From Guillardia theta CCMP2712 (Eukaryota > Protista > Cryptophyta): 64,000 nt of DNA. Below are positions 39,915-52,344 of the stretch, one piece after another; within the stretch, counting starts at the first letter, position 1; each line of letters starts with the position of its first letter. Location of the stretch: assembly GCF_000315625.1 (NCBI RefSeq), contig NW_005434662.1:705479-769478 (forward strand). The letters are read 5' to 3'. Made by a program: the position numbers and the translations under genes. The notes beneath the pieces are model-generated. The model searched no databases, was not told where the DNA came from, and saw only the letters and a list, made by a program, of their open reading frames with translations.

Positions 39915-41541
39915 ATGCGGATCCTGTTAGCGGCGGCTATGGCGGCGGTGGCGGCGCACGAGGGAAGCGCGTTCATGCTGTCTCCTTCATCCTCGTCCTT
40001 CATCAAGGTCTTAGCGCAGAAGATGCCTGCTCTTCCTCTCCTTCATCCTCCTTTGCTCCCCTTCCCTTGCCGAATGCGGGTTTGCCCCCTCCAGGCGCAC
40101 GTTCACCCTGTCCGCAGGCGCAAGGATCGGTGTCAAGCTTCGCCGGGAGATTCACTGGAGTGACAGCAAGGAAAGCTACGCTGAGAAACAGCCATGCCTG
40201 CTCGGTCAAGGCGTCTCTCCAGGGTCAGGACGTCATGAACAGGTTCGATGCCATCGGCAACTCCGCAATCCAGAAGTTGATGGACGCTCTGCCGCTGCGA
40301 GAGAGTAACCACGTGGAGGTGAGCCGATGTATTCCTCCATGCATGTGAATGCCAACGTGTGACTGTAGGGGCTGGGTGCAAGCAGCTGGATGGAGGGTGG
40401 CTTCTCAGGCTCTGTTCAGGGCTGGACCGCAGAACCGAAAGTTGGATGGTGGGTGCTCGACGCAGTCCTCTCCTCGCGCTCTGACAAACTGCCGTCAGGA
40501 TCTCCAAGTCGAGCATGAAAAGCAGCGACTTCTCCACTGGCTCCTCCAGCCTCGTCGTCCTCATGGGGTCTGCCGCCTCCACTTCCTCCTACGGATGCCT
40601 GCTCTGACCGTTGATCCCCGCAGGCCATCCTATGACACTCCCCACCTGTGGGTGGACCTAACCTTCACACCGCAAGAGATCCTCGTCAACCTCGACTTTC
40701 CTGCAAGGTGCTCTCCCTCCTTCCCTGGGGATCCCAGGGCCAAGTCTCCTGCTCCGACACATGGAGTGGAGGGAAACATGTAACATTTGTCCTCAGGGTC
40801 GACCTGGCGGCAAACAAGGACTACATCGCGGAGTACTACAAGGTAATGGCACGCTGGGTGAGCTTGAGACTGACCAGGAGGGCCCGAAGAGCGCGTCAGG
40901 GTGGTATGACTCTCTGATGAACGATGCTGCCACAACGGCGCTCGCCGGAGGGAAGGGGCTGAACGAGCGAATCCTTGCTTCGCCAGTGAGACAGGCCCGG
41001 ATATCTCTTGGGCTCTGCCTCACCCTGCTGCAGATGTCTCTGTCTCTCTCCATGGCGAAGGATCAGCAGTCTCTGGATTTGATCGAGAGGGCTGTGGACG
41101 AGCAGGTCAGAGGAAGCTCTTGCGCAAACTCGCGACACAGTTGAAGTCGCCGACAGGTTTCCACTTGGTGCTCATGGATCCAGGGAGCCCGTGAGGTCAA
41201 CAGGATGCAGGTGGGTGGGCCCGGGGAGAAGGAGGGGTGGGAGGGGGAGGAGTCTGACTCGTGCCCGACTCAGAGAGGAAGCATGTTCGCGAGAGATACC
41301 CAGATGCAGCGAATGCGCTTCTCTTCACTGGTGCTGAGGGCTCCGCCTACGTTTACACATGATCTGACATGTTAACAGTTCCAAAAGTTCCAGTCCGTCT
41401 TCCCCAAGGATCGCGCCCAGCAGGTCTTTAGCTGCCTTTCAGGCTCGGGTATCCTTACCTCTGCCTTGTCAGCTTGCAGCCGCTATGGTCGGGCCAGGCG
41501 ACGAGCAGTACGTGGGCAGTGCCGGAGACAACTCTGAGTAA
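39915..41541 (+). CDS. Plastid-targeted red chlorophyll catabolite reductase-like protein (ferredoxin-dependent bilin reductase superfamily)
   Basis: Leader MRILLAAAMAAVAAHEGSA|F; PSYDTPHLWVDL...LVNLDFPAR/VDLAANKDYIAEYY, ASP, WCSWI and RD motifs resemble RCCR. Confidence 0.65.
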
Positions 41542-41673
41542 GGAGAACGAGGTACATATGAGGGTAGAGAGAAGGGGGGGCAACGAGTTTTGCCTCCCTA
41601 TTCAAGTGAGTGAACAAGAACTTGTGTTGGCTTCGTCAAAGCTCGGTCCTGTGCCTCGAAAAAGAGATGAACA

Positions 41674-43788
41674 TTAGAAGGAGGAGGAGGAGAAGGAGGA
41701 GGAGAGGGAAATTCTCAACCCACCACTCGTCGATCTTCATGTGACCAGCGTGGACGACTAGCCCATCCTCCTCCCACATGGCATGGAAGAAAACCCCTTC
41801 CTGCACGGCAACCTCACAACGAGACTGCCAGCAAGACGCTCACCGGTCCATGCATGTACGCCGCCCACCAGCTGAGAGAGTCGAGGACGAGGATGGTATC
41901 TGCCTGCACCATGAATCCCAGCAAGCTGCTCTCTGTATAGTCTTCAATGAAGGAAACCGCAGGCATCATGTCCAAGAGTTCGTCCTGCGAGAAGTTATAC
42001 TGTCCCTTCCCTCCTCCCATCTCACTCTTCCTTCCTCCCTCCTCCATCCCACTACTTCCCTCCTCCCTTCCTCCTCCTCCTCCTCCTCCTCCTCCTCCTC
42101 CTCCTCCTCCCTCCCTCCCTTCCCCATCTTCCATTCTCCCTGATCTTCCTCCTTTGCCTTCCCCGACTCGTCCTTCAGCTCCCCTTTCCTCCAGCTCCTT
42201 CTGACCTTAATGCAAAAGCGGGAGGCCTTGGAGGGCTGACAGAATATGACGACATGCCAGCTGCGGTGCTGGGCGAGACTTGTGAGCAGGAAGGAGCGGA
42301 GGACGCTCTCTCTGTGATCAGACTCGATGAGAACTGCGCAGGTGGGAAAGCTGAAGAGGGACTTCCATGAGGAATACTCCTCCTGGTATGCCAGAGCTAA
42401 CCTGAGGAAGCTTCAAGAGACTTGCAGAGAGAGGGAGAGAGAGGGGGTGAGGGCGAGAGATAGAGGAGGGGGGTGGGGGGCGGGGACAAGAGTAATATGC
42501 GAAAAGGAAGATGGGCCGAGGGAGCGAGAGGGAGGATGGACCGAGGGAGATGTCATTGACACCTTGCCGGCAGCTTGAAGTGCTCGAGGACAAGATCTCG
42601 ATGCATGGGGTGGAAGAGATGAGGAGAGAAATCTCCATGCATCATGACCGAATCTCCGGACCTTACCGCCCTCATCGAGGGCTCCGGGATAGCAAACGAG
42701 CCTTCCTGGCCCACAGCCCCGATGCTTGACGTGTGGAGCAGATGAAAGGGAATCTCATGTATACTGTCTGACCGTCTGAAGTTTGACAACCAAGAATGTC
42801 TGTACGACAATCTCTCCTTAGAGCGGTTCCCTCCGCAGATCACCTTGCTGTCCCCATAGCACCAGTTGAGCGGCAGCAGCACTTGAAGCCTCCCCGCGTC
42901 CTCGTCCTGGTCGTCATTAAGGGCAGCAGCAAGTGCGACGCCAGACGCCACTGCCGTCATCATCCGACCGAGACTTTCTCCCATATTGCAGACCCCGTTG
43001 GCATGCTGAATGCAAACAGACACGAATCGCTCTCGTGAGAACCTCGTGGCTTCATGCGGAATTTTCTGTACGGCAATCCTGCGGGGGAAGGGGATGTCCC
43101 AACTGCAGAGACCATCAGCTCATGGGGATGAGCAGATGGAAGATCGAGGGTAGAGAAGGAAAGAAGTAAGGAGGAGAGTGGGGTTTTGGGGGNNNNNNNN
43201 NNNNNNNNNNNNNNNNNNNNNNNNNNNNNNNNNNNNNNNNNNNNNNNNNNNNNNNNNNNNNNNNNNNNNNNNNNNNNNNNNNNNNNNNNNNNTTCCTATA
43301 CCTCTCCATCTAGACGTGTTTCTCTCTATCTCCTCTCCCCATATTGCTGTTTGAGGAAGTGGCGAAGAAGAGGACGAGGGAGAGGAGGGAGAAAAAGGAA
43401 GGGGGAGGAGAGGAGCAAGGGGAGGGAGAGGAGCTGACCCGTCCGGGTAGAGGTAAGAAGGCGACAGGATCCTGACGAGTTGAGGATGGTGCGAGAGGTA
43501 ACGATTGAGATGCGACTCGTCGTGCCAGAGGGCAACCACCTGCATCGCAAGCTTCAATCTAGGCTGCAGAGATTCATTTATCACATCGTTCTCGTCGTCT
43601 CGGTCGATCGCCTCGCTGATCGCTGCTGACATCTGAAGGAACTCGTCCGTTCTCCCGCCGATGAAGCCGCCGGCGAAGTAACATGGCCTCAGATGCTCTG
43701 AAATTGGATGGTCAAGAATATGTCGATGATAGCTGTTTGCAAAAGAGCAATCACGATGACTGAGAAATGAAACAATGCAGAGGGGCAG

Positions 43789-43853
<65 letters not shown>

Positions 43854-46196
43854 GGACAGCACTTGACCAGGAGCGATATATGCTCTCGAAGCTGTTCTTG
43901 TCTCTGGTGTTCCCATGCCGTCTTGAATCATATGTCGGATGGCAACAAGGGGCCTTGGGAAGATGTCAGGATCTCGCACAGCAACACAAGATGAGGAGGA
44001 GATGGCGAGAAGAGGGGGTGAGAGAAGATCAAGTCGAAAGGACATAGAGAACATGAGAGGAGGAGCGGAGAAGAGGAGCGGAGGAGGAGACGGCAACCTG
44101 TCCCTTGTGGGGAAGATTTCTACCGCCGCAATGCCTTTCTCCACTATCACATCAACATCAAGGTAGAAGACGACGTCTGTTTCGGTCTTCAACTTGGAGC
44201 TCTGAGACAGGAAGTAGTGATAGCGGTAGAGCGTGTCTGCTGGGAACCCTCTGCGAGAAAGGGCGTGAGGAGGAGGAAGGGGGGACGCATCCTCTGACCT
44301 GCCCCTAATCGGGATGACTTCGGAGGGAGAGGGCATGCGCGAGAAGATCTCTTCCGCTCCCCTCGGGTCGTCCGTGAAGGTGAAGAAGCAAAGGTGATGC
44401 TCACTGACGAATCTTTCCCTCACAGTCCTGATGTGCTCCGGCAGGTATGCGCAGTACCTGCAACAGGCGCCGACGTCAACCGCAGCCGACCGGAGTAAGT
44501 CTCTTGCCTCCCGGTGCAGATGGTGAGGATCCCAACCCTCATCTTGTTGAGCATGGCTCCTGAGACAGTCAGATCGGCTCTGTACTTGACGTTGACCGCC
44601 TCGTCGGACGGGGATAGCTGGCTCTCATGGATCCGGTAGAAGACGAGGACGCGGGGTACGATCACGGTCTTCACGCTGCTCATCAGCACTGCTCGCTGCC
44701 ACAGCCTCAAGTCTTCTGCTGGGAGTTCAGGTCGATAGCGAAGGGGACGGAACAGGTTCTCGAGGTCGGCGGAATCCGAACAGACCTGCGGGCCTCAGTT
44801 TCAACGGGCCGTCATCGCCCGGAACCCTTACTCGAGCATGCTGGTGCAGAGTGTTGGAGCGCGCATGCCACTGGGCGTCTTGTGAGGATTCAGCAAGGCC
44901 CTGCTTGCAGTTCTGCAGCGCCAGGAGATGTAAGTTCAGTCCACCATGTTCGAGCAAAGAGAGGCAGACCGTACCAACGAAGACAGAGTCTTCCAGAAGC
45001 TCCTCGAGTATGCGACTCCAGGGTGACAGATAACGTTGTGATCTTCTCGAAGCTGACTGAAGATGTCCTCCTCGCTCACATGGTCCCTGCCCAGCAACTG
45101 TCGCCACACCCGTCAGAGACGAAGCTGAAAGCGCTTCACTCACTTCTTGTGCGGTGAGGTACACAGGATTCATCTTCGTGTTGATAACATCCACACCCTG
45201 TCGCCTTCATGTCACCCCATGGACATCTCTCGTTCTCCTGCAGTCTCACCTCCCCTGCTTCCACAACCCGCACAAAGTACGAGGAAACCAGATCCGCTCC
45301 CTCCATCACCGCCTCAGCCTGTGCTATGTCAGTCGATCTCACTTCCATCCCCTCATCGTTTCAACCTGCAACTTGAAGCGATCAGGAGAGTAGTAATCGT
45401 CCAGGTTGACATTGAATGCCACGTCATAGTCCTCACTAAACACCCAGTCCAGAAGGAAGTTCATCGCTACGGCATGGCTCTGAAATTCCCTTGAAAAGAA
45501 CGTATACCGCTTGCCCTCAAGTCTATGCAGGTACTGTTGCATGAAAGAGTGATACTCTCCTCCATAGTTCAACTCCACGATGTCGAAGAAGGGATAGTTC
45601 TGATTCAAGATGCTCTCAATGCACTTCTCGATCCACCGATCCTCATACTTCAACCGAGCCTGTTTGTGATACAGGATCGCAACCCCTTTCAACGGTTTAC
45701 CCGAAGTGAAGCCCCTTGAGTCGTCAATTGTGGGAGCGCTACCCATGATCTCATCGTAATGCCGAACGTCATGGAAGTCATCCTCGGAGTCTACGACAGA
45801 GAAAGAGATCTCTTCTTGCTGCAAAAATGGCCTGGTAGACTCAGCCCCTTCGATTCGGATGGTGTGAACACCCGGGCTCAAGTCGGCCGGAAAGACCTTG
45901 GAGTAGGCAGCACCATTACTGATGTCGACCTCCTCGTAAGTCTCTTCGTCCACGATTATCCTCATCGACAGCCTCTGACTGCCAGCCCTGCAAGCTCCGC
46001 TCCTCGAAGAGTTCCCGTACGACAGGAAGAAGGAGACGGGAAGTTTGCCGCGCACGAGGACCCAGCCTCGCATCGGCGATGTCGCATGCACCCTGATAGG
46101 GATCTCATCGTCTTCTCTTCGTCCTCGCGCATCTCCTCCTCCTCCCATCGTGCTCACCACCACCAGCATCGCCATGGCCAACCTCCACATCGCCAT
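41674..46196 (-). CDS. Secretory multi-domain glycosyltransferase: GT2-like + GT6 + degenerate GT11-like
   Basis: Signal peptide MAMWRLAMAMLVVVST; CIESILNQ...NLDDYYSPDRF...YRIHESQLS (GT2-like); RVGILTICTG, FTFTDD, FYLDVD, YFAGGFIGG, WHDESHLNRY, LSPSYLYP (GT6); SLSWWAAY (GT11-like C-terminus). Confidence 0.8.
43193..43292. other. Assembly gap (100 N)
   Basis: Run of n, apparently within an intron of the GT gene. Confidence 1.
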
Positions 46197-46344
46197 CCCA
46201 CCTAGAGCAGCATTTTTCCTGGGACGCAGAGACCCGAGTTTGCTGAGTAGGCCTAGATCGACCGGGCCGGGGCCGCCGCCATCCGGGCCCGGGCCCGACC
46301 CGGCCTGAGTCACTGACCGGACCGTCGGTCACGGTTACGGTTCA

Positions 46345-48209
46345 GTTGTTAGGCTCAGTTGTACTAGGATACCGAAGTAACTTGTAACTAGTAATGCCGA
46401 CATCAGTTGACCTTCTAACTGACTTAAAGTCTAGCATTGTAGTAGATTGCATTGAGCCACAGGTTCTTTGGTTCGTTGGAATGGATTATGGCGAGTCTGG
46501 TTCTGGTGTCTAGTGAATAGATTCCTGACTCCGCTCTGCCATTCTGCCAGTGTTGATAAGGGGCAGCCCGTTCCAGGTAGATCAGTGTTGTGTTTTTCAT
46601 ACATTCTCAGAGATTTCGTTGACGTCATCTCACCGCGGTTGTCTACGCGGCGTACAATGTTGTCTACCGCGTACAACTCTACTCATACAACTGTTCACTT
46701 TCAGTTTCGCTATCGACAGATTCTTCAGAGGTAATGTCTTCAAATTCTTGGCGAACATCCCATATGCTGATGGGTATAGATCTCATAGGTGTCGGTCTGA
46801 AAGCTTTTTTTTCATCCTTGTGTGCTTCGTAGTACACTGGGCCTTGTTCCCTCCCCATCTGAGAGAGTTTTCATTGGTGTAATAGGTGAGTCCGTCCGGG
46901 GTCTGTTTCTGAGTGATGGGTTGCTAGTCGAGGTTTAGAAGTGAGAGAAAACTCTCCTGTTGTATTACTCGTAGCAAGGATTTCTTGTCCCATTGTATTG
47001 AGTTGGTTGTAGAGATAAATCTATTGGTTTTGACGTCTGCTTCTTTGATTTCGATGTACCATAGATATGTCTTGGGGCAAAAATAGAATGGTATGAAATC
47101 CTTGTTTGTAGTGATGATACCATGTGTTCCTTTCGATACGCTCCCTTGGTGAATTACAGTATTACCACTGTTAGTTATGCGCCATATCGATAATAGATTT
47201 GTGACAGCATTCTTGTCATGAATAATTGTGGCAAGAGTCGCGAAAGCTTATGCCTTGTTGGTGACTGATTCCATTTTGCCTACGAGTAGACCTCAATGAT
47301 GGATGTGGTAATTTCGCTCTAGTATGCAAACTTTTTCCGAATCCAGTTACTATCACAGAGAACACTGATAGTTGCTCCTGAGTCAACGATAGCGAACAGC
47401 GAATGCTTGTTCTGTGTTGATCTACAGGTCATGAAGACTTTGGGTACTGCTTCAAATATGGAATTTAGGAACCAGGGGATGGATACTTTCGAAAACAGGG
47501 TCGCATCTAACTGGATGTGGTCTGTTTGAAGAGGTATTCCCTTGGATTTACGTGGTTGTAGTGTGTGACATTTCGAGTAATCTTTTCCAGATTTATTCTT
47601 ATGCCTATTGTTTTTAGCAATCATAGTGGATTTAGCGGCAGCCTTGCGAACAGTTTCTTTCAGACGTCTTGGAGGTGAAGAAGCCTCCTCTTCGTCTTCA
47701 GACATTTTTCTTCCTCGCTTGCCTCATCTGCGCTGTAATCGTTGGATTCAGCGGCATGATTGGCTACTCTATTTAGTGCTCGGGTGAGGTTTACAATGAA
47801 ACTCTTGTCACCCAAGTCTTGTTTCTTCTTTAACTTCGACTTTGGGTAACTCCCGCTGTCCTCATTTGAACAGTTGGGTTTTTTCTGGCGAAAGTTTTTT
47901 GCGTTGGGTTTCCCACCGAACTTGGGTTTGTTGAAGCCCTTATTCGGTTGGTTCCCGACTTGTGCGGCCGCTCGAGTAGCTTCTTGTTGTTTCTTTCTCC
48001 AACTGTAGTATTGGACGTTCGGTAGACCATGTTACTCTTGCGCTTTGGGCCTTCTCGCTTTGAGTCTCCTGGTGTTTCTGCCTTCCGTTTGTTTGGACTT
48101 GGTAGATCCTTGCTTAGTGAGGTGAAGACGTTCTTCGTGGAATCTTTGAAGACTTTCAATTGTTTGTTGGGGGCCAGTTCAGATGATAGGCTGTGAAGAA
48201 TGAAGCTAG
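46345..48209 (-). mobile_element. Decayed Ty1/Copia-like retrotransposon fragment (Gag-protease region)
   Basis: AT-richer and intronless with stops/frameshifts; protease-like AIVDSGATISV followed by NLLSIWRITNSG; K-rich Gag-like ORFs; no RT or integrase recognised. Confidence 0.6.
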
Positions 48210-48597
48210 TTGCATCTACATCCTGGAAGTTGTGATAACCACACCGGCATTCTTGTACTGTGTCGCCCTGGTACCCGAGAGCTTGGACATGAGCTCGATT
48301 CGAACGTGTGTCCGCCTCAGATACCGTACAATCACGCCGTGACCGTGACGGCCGCGCCCTGCCCGGTGACTTCTGAGCTACCGATTTTAACTTGAAGTCG
48401 CTGAGATGAGTGGCTGAGCTGAGTAGTAGACGAGGTCTCGGGAATCGAGCTTTACTTCTTCTATCAAGAGGTATATAGACTGATTAGTAGGGCAGCATGC
48501 TTGCCGTGGAGGCTGACGACAAAGACGATCTGGTACTAACACAAATAGACTCATGTCAGTGGAGGGACTCTGGCAAAAAGAAATGAGAAGGTTATGA

Positions 48598-49743
48598 CTA
48601 CCTGCTATTAAGTGGAGACTTGCATGGGGTACTGGGCTCTGACCCATCAAGAAGTACAACATCGACCAGGTGTTGAGCTTCGCAGTCACCCTTGAGCCCC
48701 TTCTTTGCCACGGTGTCTCGATCTACCTGCAGCTGACTATCGTCGCTCTTCGATGCGTGCTTCAGGCTGATGAGATACAGGGTGTAGTTCGCCTTGAGCT
48801 GTTTTATCGGTGACGTCAGCAAACAATCTCCGCAAGCATGTACCTCAAACAGCACGTACCTGAAGCACCACAAGCAGAATGCTCGCAATGGGGATGTAAA
48901 CCTTGAAGAACAGCTCCCAGTCGAAGCTCCCTCTGATACTGATGATCTTCTTCGTGGGATACAGCAATCCTCGGTGATACACGGCCCATGTCAGGCAAAA
49001 CGCATACACCTTTGTGATGCAGGACCAGATGGCTGCGAACTGAAGCATACGTCGGACGACTCGAGACTCGCTGAAGCGATACAGGAGAAGTGCGATGAAA
49101 GTGGGTTGCTCTGTCACGGCGGCGAAGAGAAGGCTTGTAGCAAAGTATGGTACAATGCGCTGTAAAGAAAGAAGAGATAGTCAGCGCCTTGCAAGGTTGG
49201 ACATGTCCAACAGACGGGGCAAGCGTTGTATATTACCAGGTCAAGGGTGTAGTACAGAGCGTTCCACAAGACAACCCCAACCAAGATAGTCATGAGGTGA
49301 TGTGTCAGCAGCATCCAGTCTATCCGATCCTTGTACAGCATCTCAAAGATGTATAAATGTACCACCAAGCTTCCCATCGTACCAGCCGCTTTGTACTGCT
49401 CCACGACTGTATCCTCAGTCCCGATCGAGCTCATGTCCAAGCTCTCGGGTACCAGGGCGACACAGTACAAGAATGCCGGTGTGGTTATCACAACTTCCAG
49501 GATGTAGATGCATATGTTCTTCTTTGTTCTAGAGCTCATGCTTGCATACTTGGATGAACTCTTGGTCAGCGCCATGTCCAGCACCTTCGCACCTGCCCAG
49601 CAGCCAAGGAGCAACAAGGCCGTCGCAGACGAAACGATGTAGAAGTCCCAGGGGGCTTGCAGGCCCAGACATGCGATGCTGTCGGAGAAGAGACTTGCAT
49701 CGAGAGGGCCTTGGAGTGCGTGGATAGAGGATGAGTTGGGCAT
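48598..49743 (-). CDS. Multi-pass membrane protein (TLC/TRAM-LAG1-CLN8-like), copy A
   Basis: Several hydrophobic helices, YIFEML...LLTHHL motif, TEQPTFIALLLYR; 3 exons. Confidence 0.7.
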
Positions 49744-50308
49744 GTTCACAGCCTGGTGCTACGAAGAGAACAAGTCAGATGTACGTGTAGATCAGATCAT
49801 CGAGAATCACGTGACTATCTAGATCTTTCATTGTAATAGTGCTCTTTCCTACTGCTTGCTATTGTGACCTTGCTGTACTTCATTCCCTTTCGATCTCACA
49901 GCATCTCCCTCCAATACGCACTGCGTGCCTCGACTTTCCTCCCTGTCCGGGAACAAGCAGCCGTAACCCACCCCCCTCTTGTGCCATGAGACCACCCTAC
50001 CCATGAGAGTTAACTGTCGAAGACCCCCTACCTGTGAAAGATAACAGTCTTGCAGCTAGCTCTCGGATATTGATTCCCGGTGTAGCGGAAATAGCGGAGC
50101 TACGAGGAGCTGCCTGCTCGTCATTTGTTTACTCTCACAGGTGGGGTGGTTTCGATGGGAGATGAGGGGTGTCTTTATGTACCGTACGGCTGCAAGGCTG
50201 TTAACTTTCACAGGTAGGGTGGTCTTGATGGGAGATGAGGGGTGGCCTTATAAACCATCATCGGCGGCTGAAAACAGCCGGAGCTACGGTCAGCAGGCTC
50301 TTGGACAT

Positions 50309-50538
50309 TTAACTCTCATGGGTAGGGTGGTCTCATGGCACAAGAGGGGGTGGGTTACGGCTGCTTGTTTCCCAGCGCTGCAAGGCAGTTAACTCTCATG
50401 GGTAGGGTGGTCTCATGGCACAAGAGGGGGTGGGTTACGGCTGTTTGTTTCCCAGCGCTGCAAGGCAGTTAACTCTCATGGGTAGGGTGGTCTCATGGCA
50501 CAAGAGGGGGGTGGGTTACGGCTGCTTGTTTCCCAGCG
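50309..50538 (+). repeat. 80-bp minisatellite, about 3 copies, with degenerate and inverted copies in the palindrome spacer
   Basis: ttaactctcatgggtagggtggtctcatggcacaagag at 50309, 50389 and 50469; inverted copy at ~49952-50016; degenerate units at 50130-50260. Confidence 0.92.
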
Positions 50539-50766
50539 ATACAGTGAGCCCTGGGAACGGTGCACCGGGAGGGAGGTCGAGGCACGCAGTGCGTATTGGA
50601 GGGAGATGCTGTGAGATCGAAAGGGAATGAAGTACAGCAAGGTCACAATAGCAAGCAGTAGGAAAGAGCACTATTACAATGAAAGATCTAGATAGTCACG
50701 TGATTCTCGATGATCTGATCTACACGTACATCTGACTTGTTCTCTTCGTAGCACCAGGCTGTGAAC

Positions 50767-51912
50767 ATGCCCAACTCATCCTCTATCCACGCACTCCAAG
50801 GCCCTCTCGATGCAAGTCTCTTCTCCGACAGCATCGCATGTCTGGGCCTGCAAGCCCCCTGGGACTTCTACATCGTTTCGTCTGCGACGGCCTTGTTGCT
50901 CCTTGGCTGCTGGGCAGGTGCGAAGGTGCTGGACATGGCGCTGACCAAGAGTTCATCCAAGTATGCAAGCATGAGCTCTAGAACAAAGAAGAACATATGC
51001 ATCTACATCCTGGAAGTTGTGATAACCACACCGGCATTCTTGTACTGTGTCGCCCTGGTACCCGAGAGCTTGGACATGAGCTCGATCGGGACTGAGGATA
51101 CAGTCGTGGAGCAGTACAAAGCGGCTGGTACGATGGGAAGCTTGGTGGTACATTTATACATCTTTGAGATGCTGTACAAGGATCGGATAGACTGGATGCT
51201 GCTGACACATCACCTCATGACTATCTTGGTTGGGGTTGTCTTGTGGAACGCTCTGTACTACACCCTTGACCTGGTAATATACAACGCTTGCCCCGTCTGT
51301 TGGACATGTCCAACCTTGCAAGGCGCTGACTATCTCTTCTTTCTTTACAGCGCATTGTACCATACTTTGCTACAAGCCTTCTCTTCGCCGCCGTGACAGA
51401 GCAACCCACTTTCATCGCACTTCTCCTGTATCGCTTCAGCGAGTCTCGAGTCGTCCGACGTATGCTTCAGTTCGCAGCCATCTGGTCCTGCATCACAAAG
51501 GTGTATGCGTTTTGCCTGACATGGGCCGTGTATCACCGAGGATTGCTGTATCCCACGAAGAAGATCATCAGTATCAGAGGGAGCTTCGACTGGGAGCTGT
51601 TCTTCAAGGTTTACATCCCCATTGCGAGCATTCTGCTTGTGGTGCTTCAGGTACGTGCTGTTTGAGGTACATGCTTGCGGAGATTGTTTGCTGACGTCAC
51701 CGATAAAACAGCTCAAGGCGAACTACACCCTGTATCTCATCAGCCTGAAGCACGCATCGAAGAGCGACGATAGTCAGCTGCAGGTAGATCGAGACACCGT
51801 GGCAAAGAAGGGGCTCAAGGGTGACTGCGAAGCTCAACACCTGGTCGATGTTGTACTTCTTGATGGGTCAGAGCCCAGTACCCCATGCAAGTCTCCACTT
51901 AATAGCAGGTAG
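50767..51912 (+). CDS. Multi-pass membrane protein (TLC-like), copy B
   Basis: Mirror copy of 48598-49743 with identical translated ORFs. Confidence 0.7.
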
Positions 51913-52344
51913 TCATCACCTTCTCATTTCTTTTTGCCAGAGTCCCTCCACTGACATGAGTCTATTTGTGTTAGTACCAGATCGTCTTTGTCGTCAGCCT
52001 CCACGGCAAGCATGCTGCCCTACTAATCAGTCTATATACCTCTTGATAGAAGAAGTAAAGCTCGATTCCCGAGACCTCGTCTACTACTCAGCTCAGCCAC
52101 TCATCTCAGCGACTTCAAGTTAAAATCGGTAGCTCAGAAGTCACCGGGCAGGGCGCGGCCGTCACGGTCACGGCGTGATTGTACGGTATCTGAGGCGGAC
52201 ACACGTTCGAATCGAGCTCATGTCCAAGCTCTCGGGTACCAGGGCGACACAGTACAAGAATGCCGGTGTGGTTGTTACAACTTCCAAGATGTAGATGCGT
52301 ATTTTCTTCTCTTTGTTCTAGAGCTCATGCTTGCATACTTGGAT

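Larger units (their letters stand above)
48240..52270. repeat. Large inverted repeat: arms ~48240-49934 and ~50576-52270 with a ~640-bp spacer
   Basis: Mirror-image ORFs whose coordinates sum to 100510; only one difference is visible in the ORF track (SHNLL vs SHHLL). Confidence 0.97.

Noticed and set aside
50309-50538. CRISPR-like array
   Set aside because: The units are contiguous tandem repeats without unique spacers, in a eukaryotic context with no cas genes
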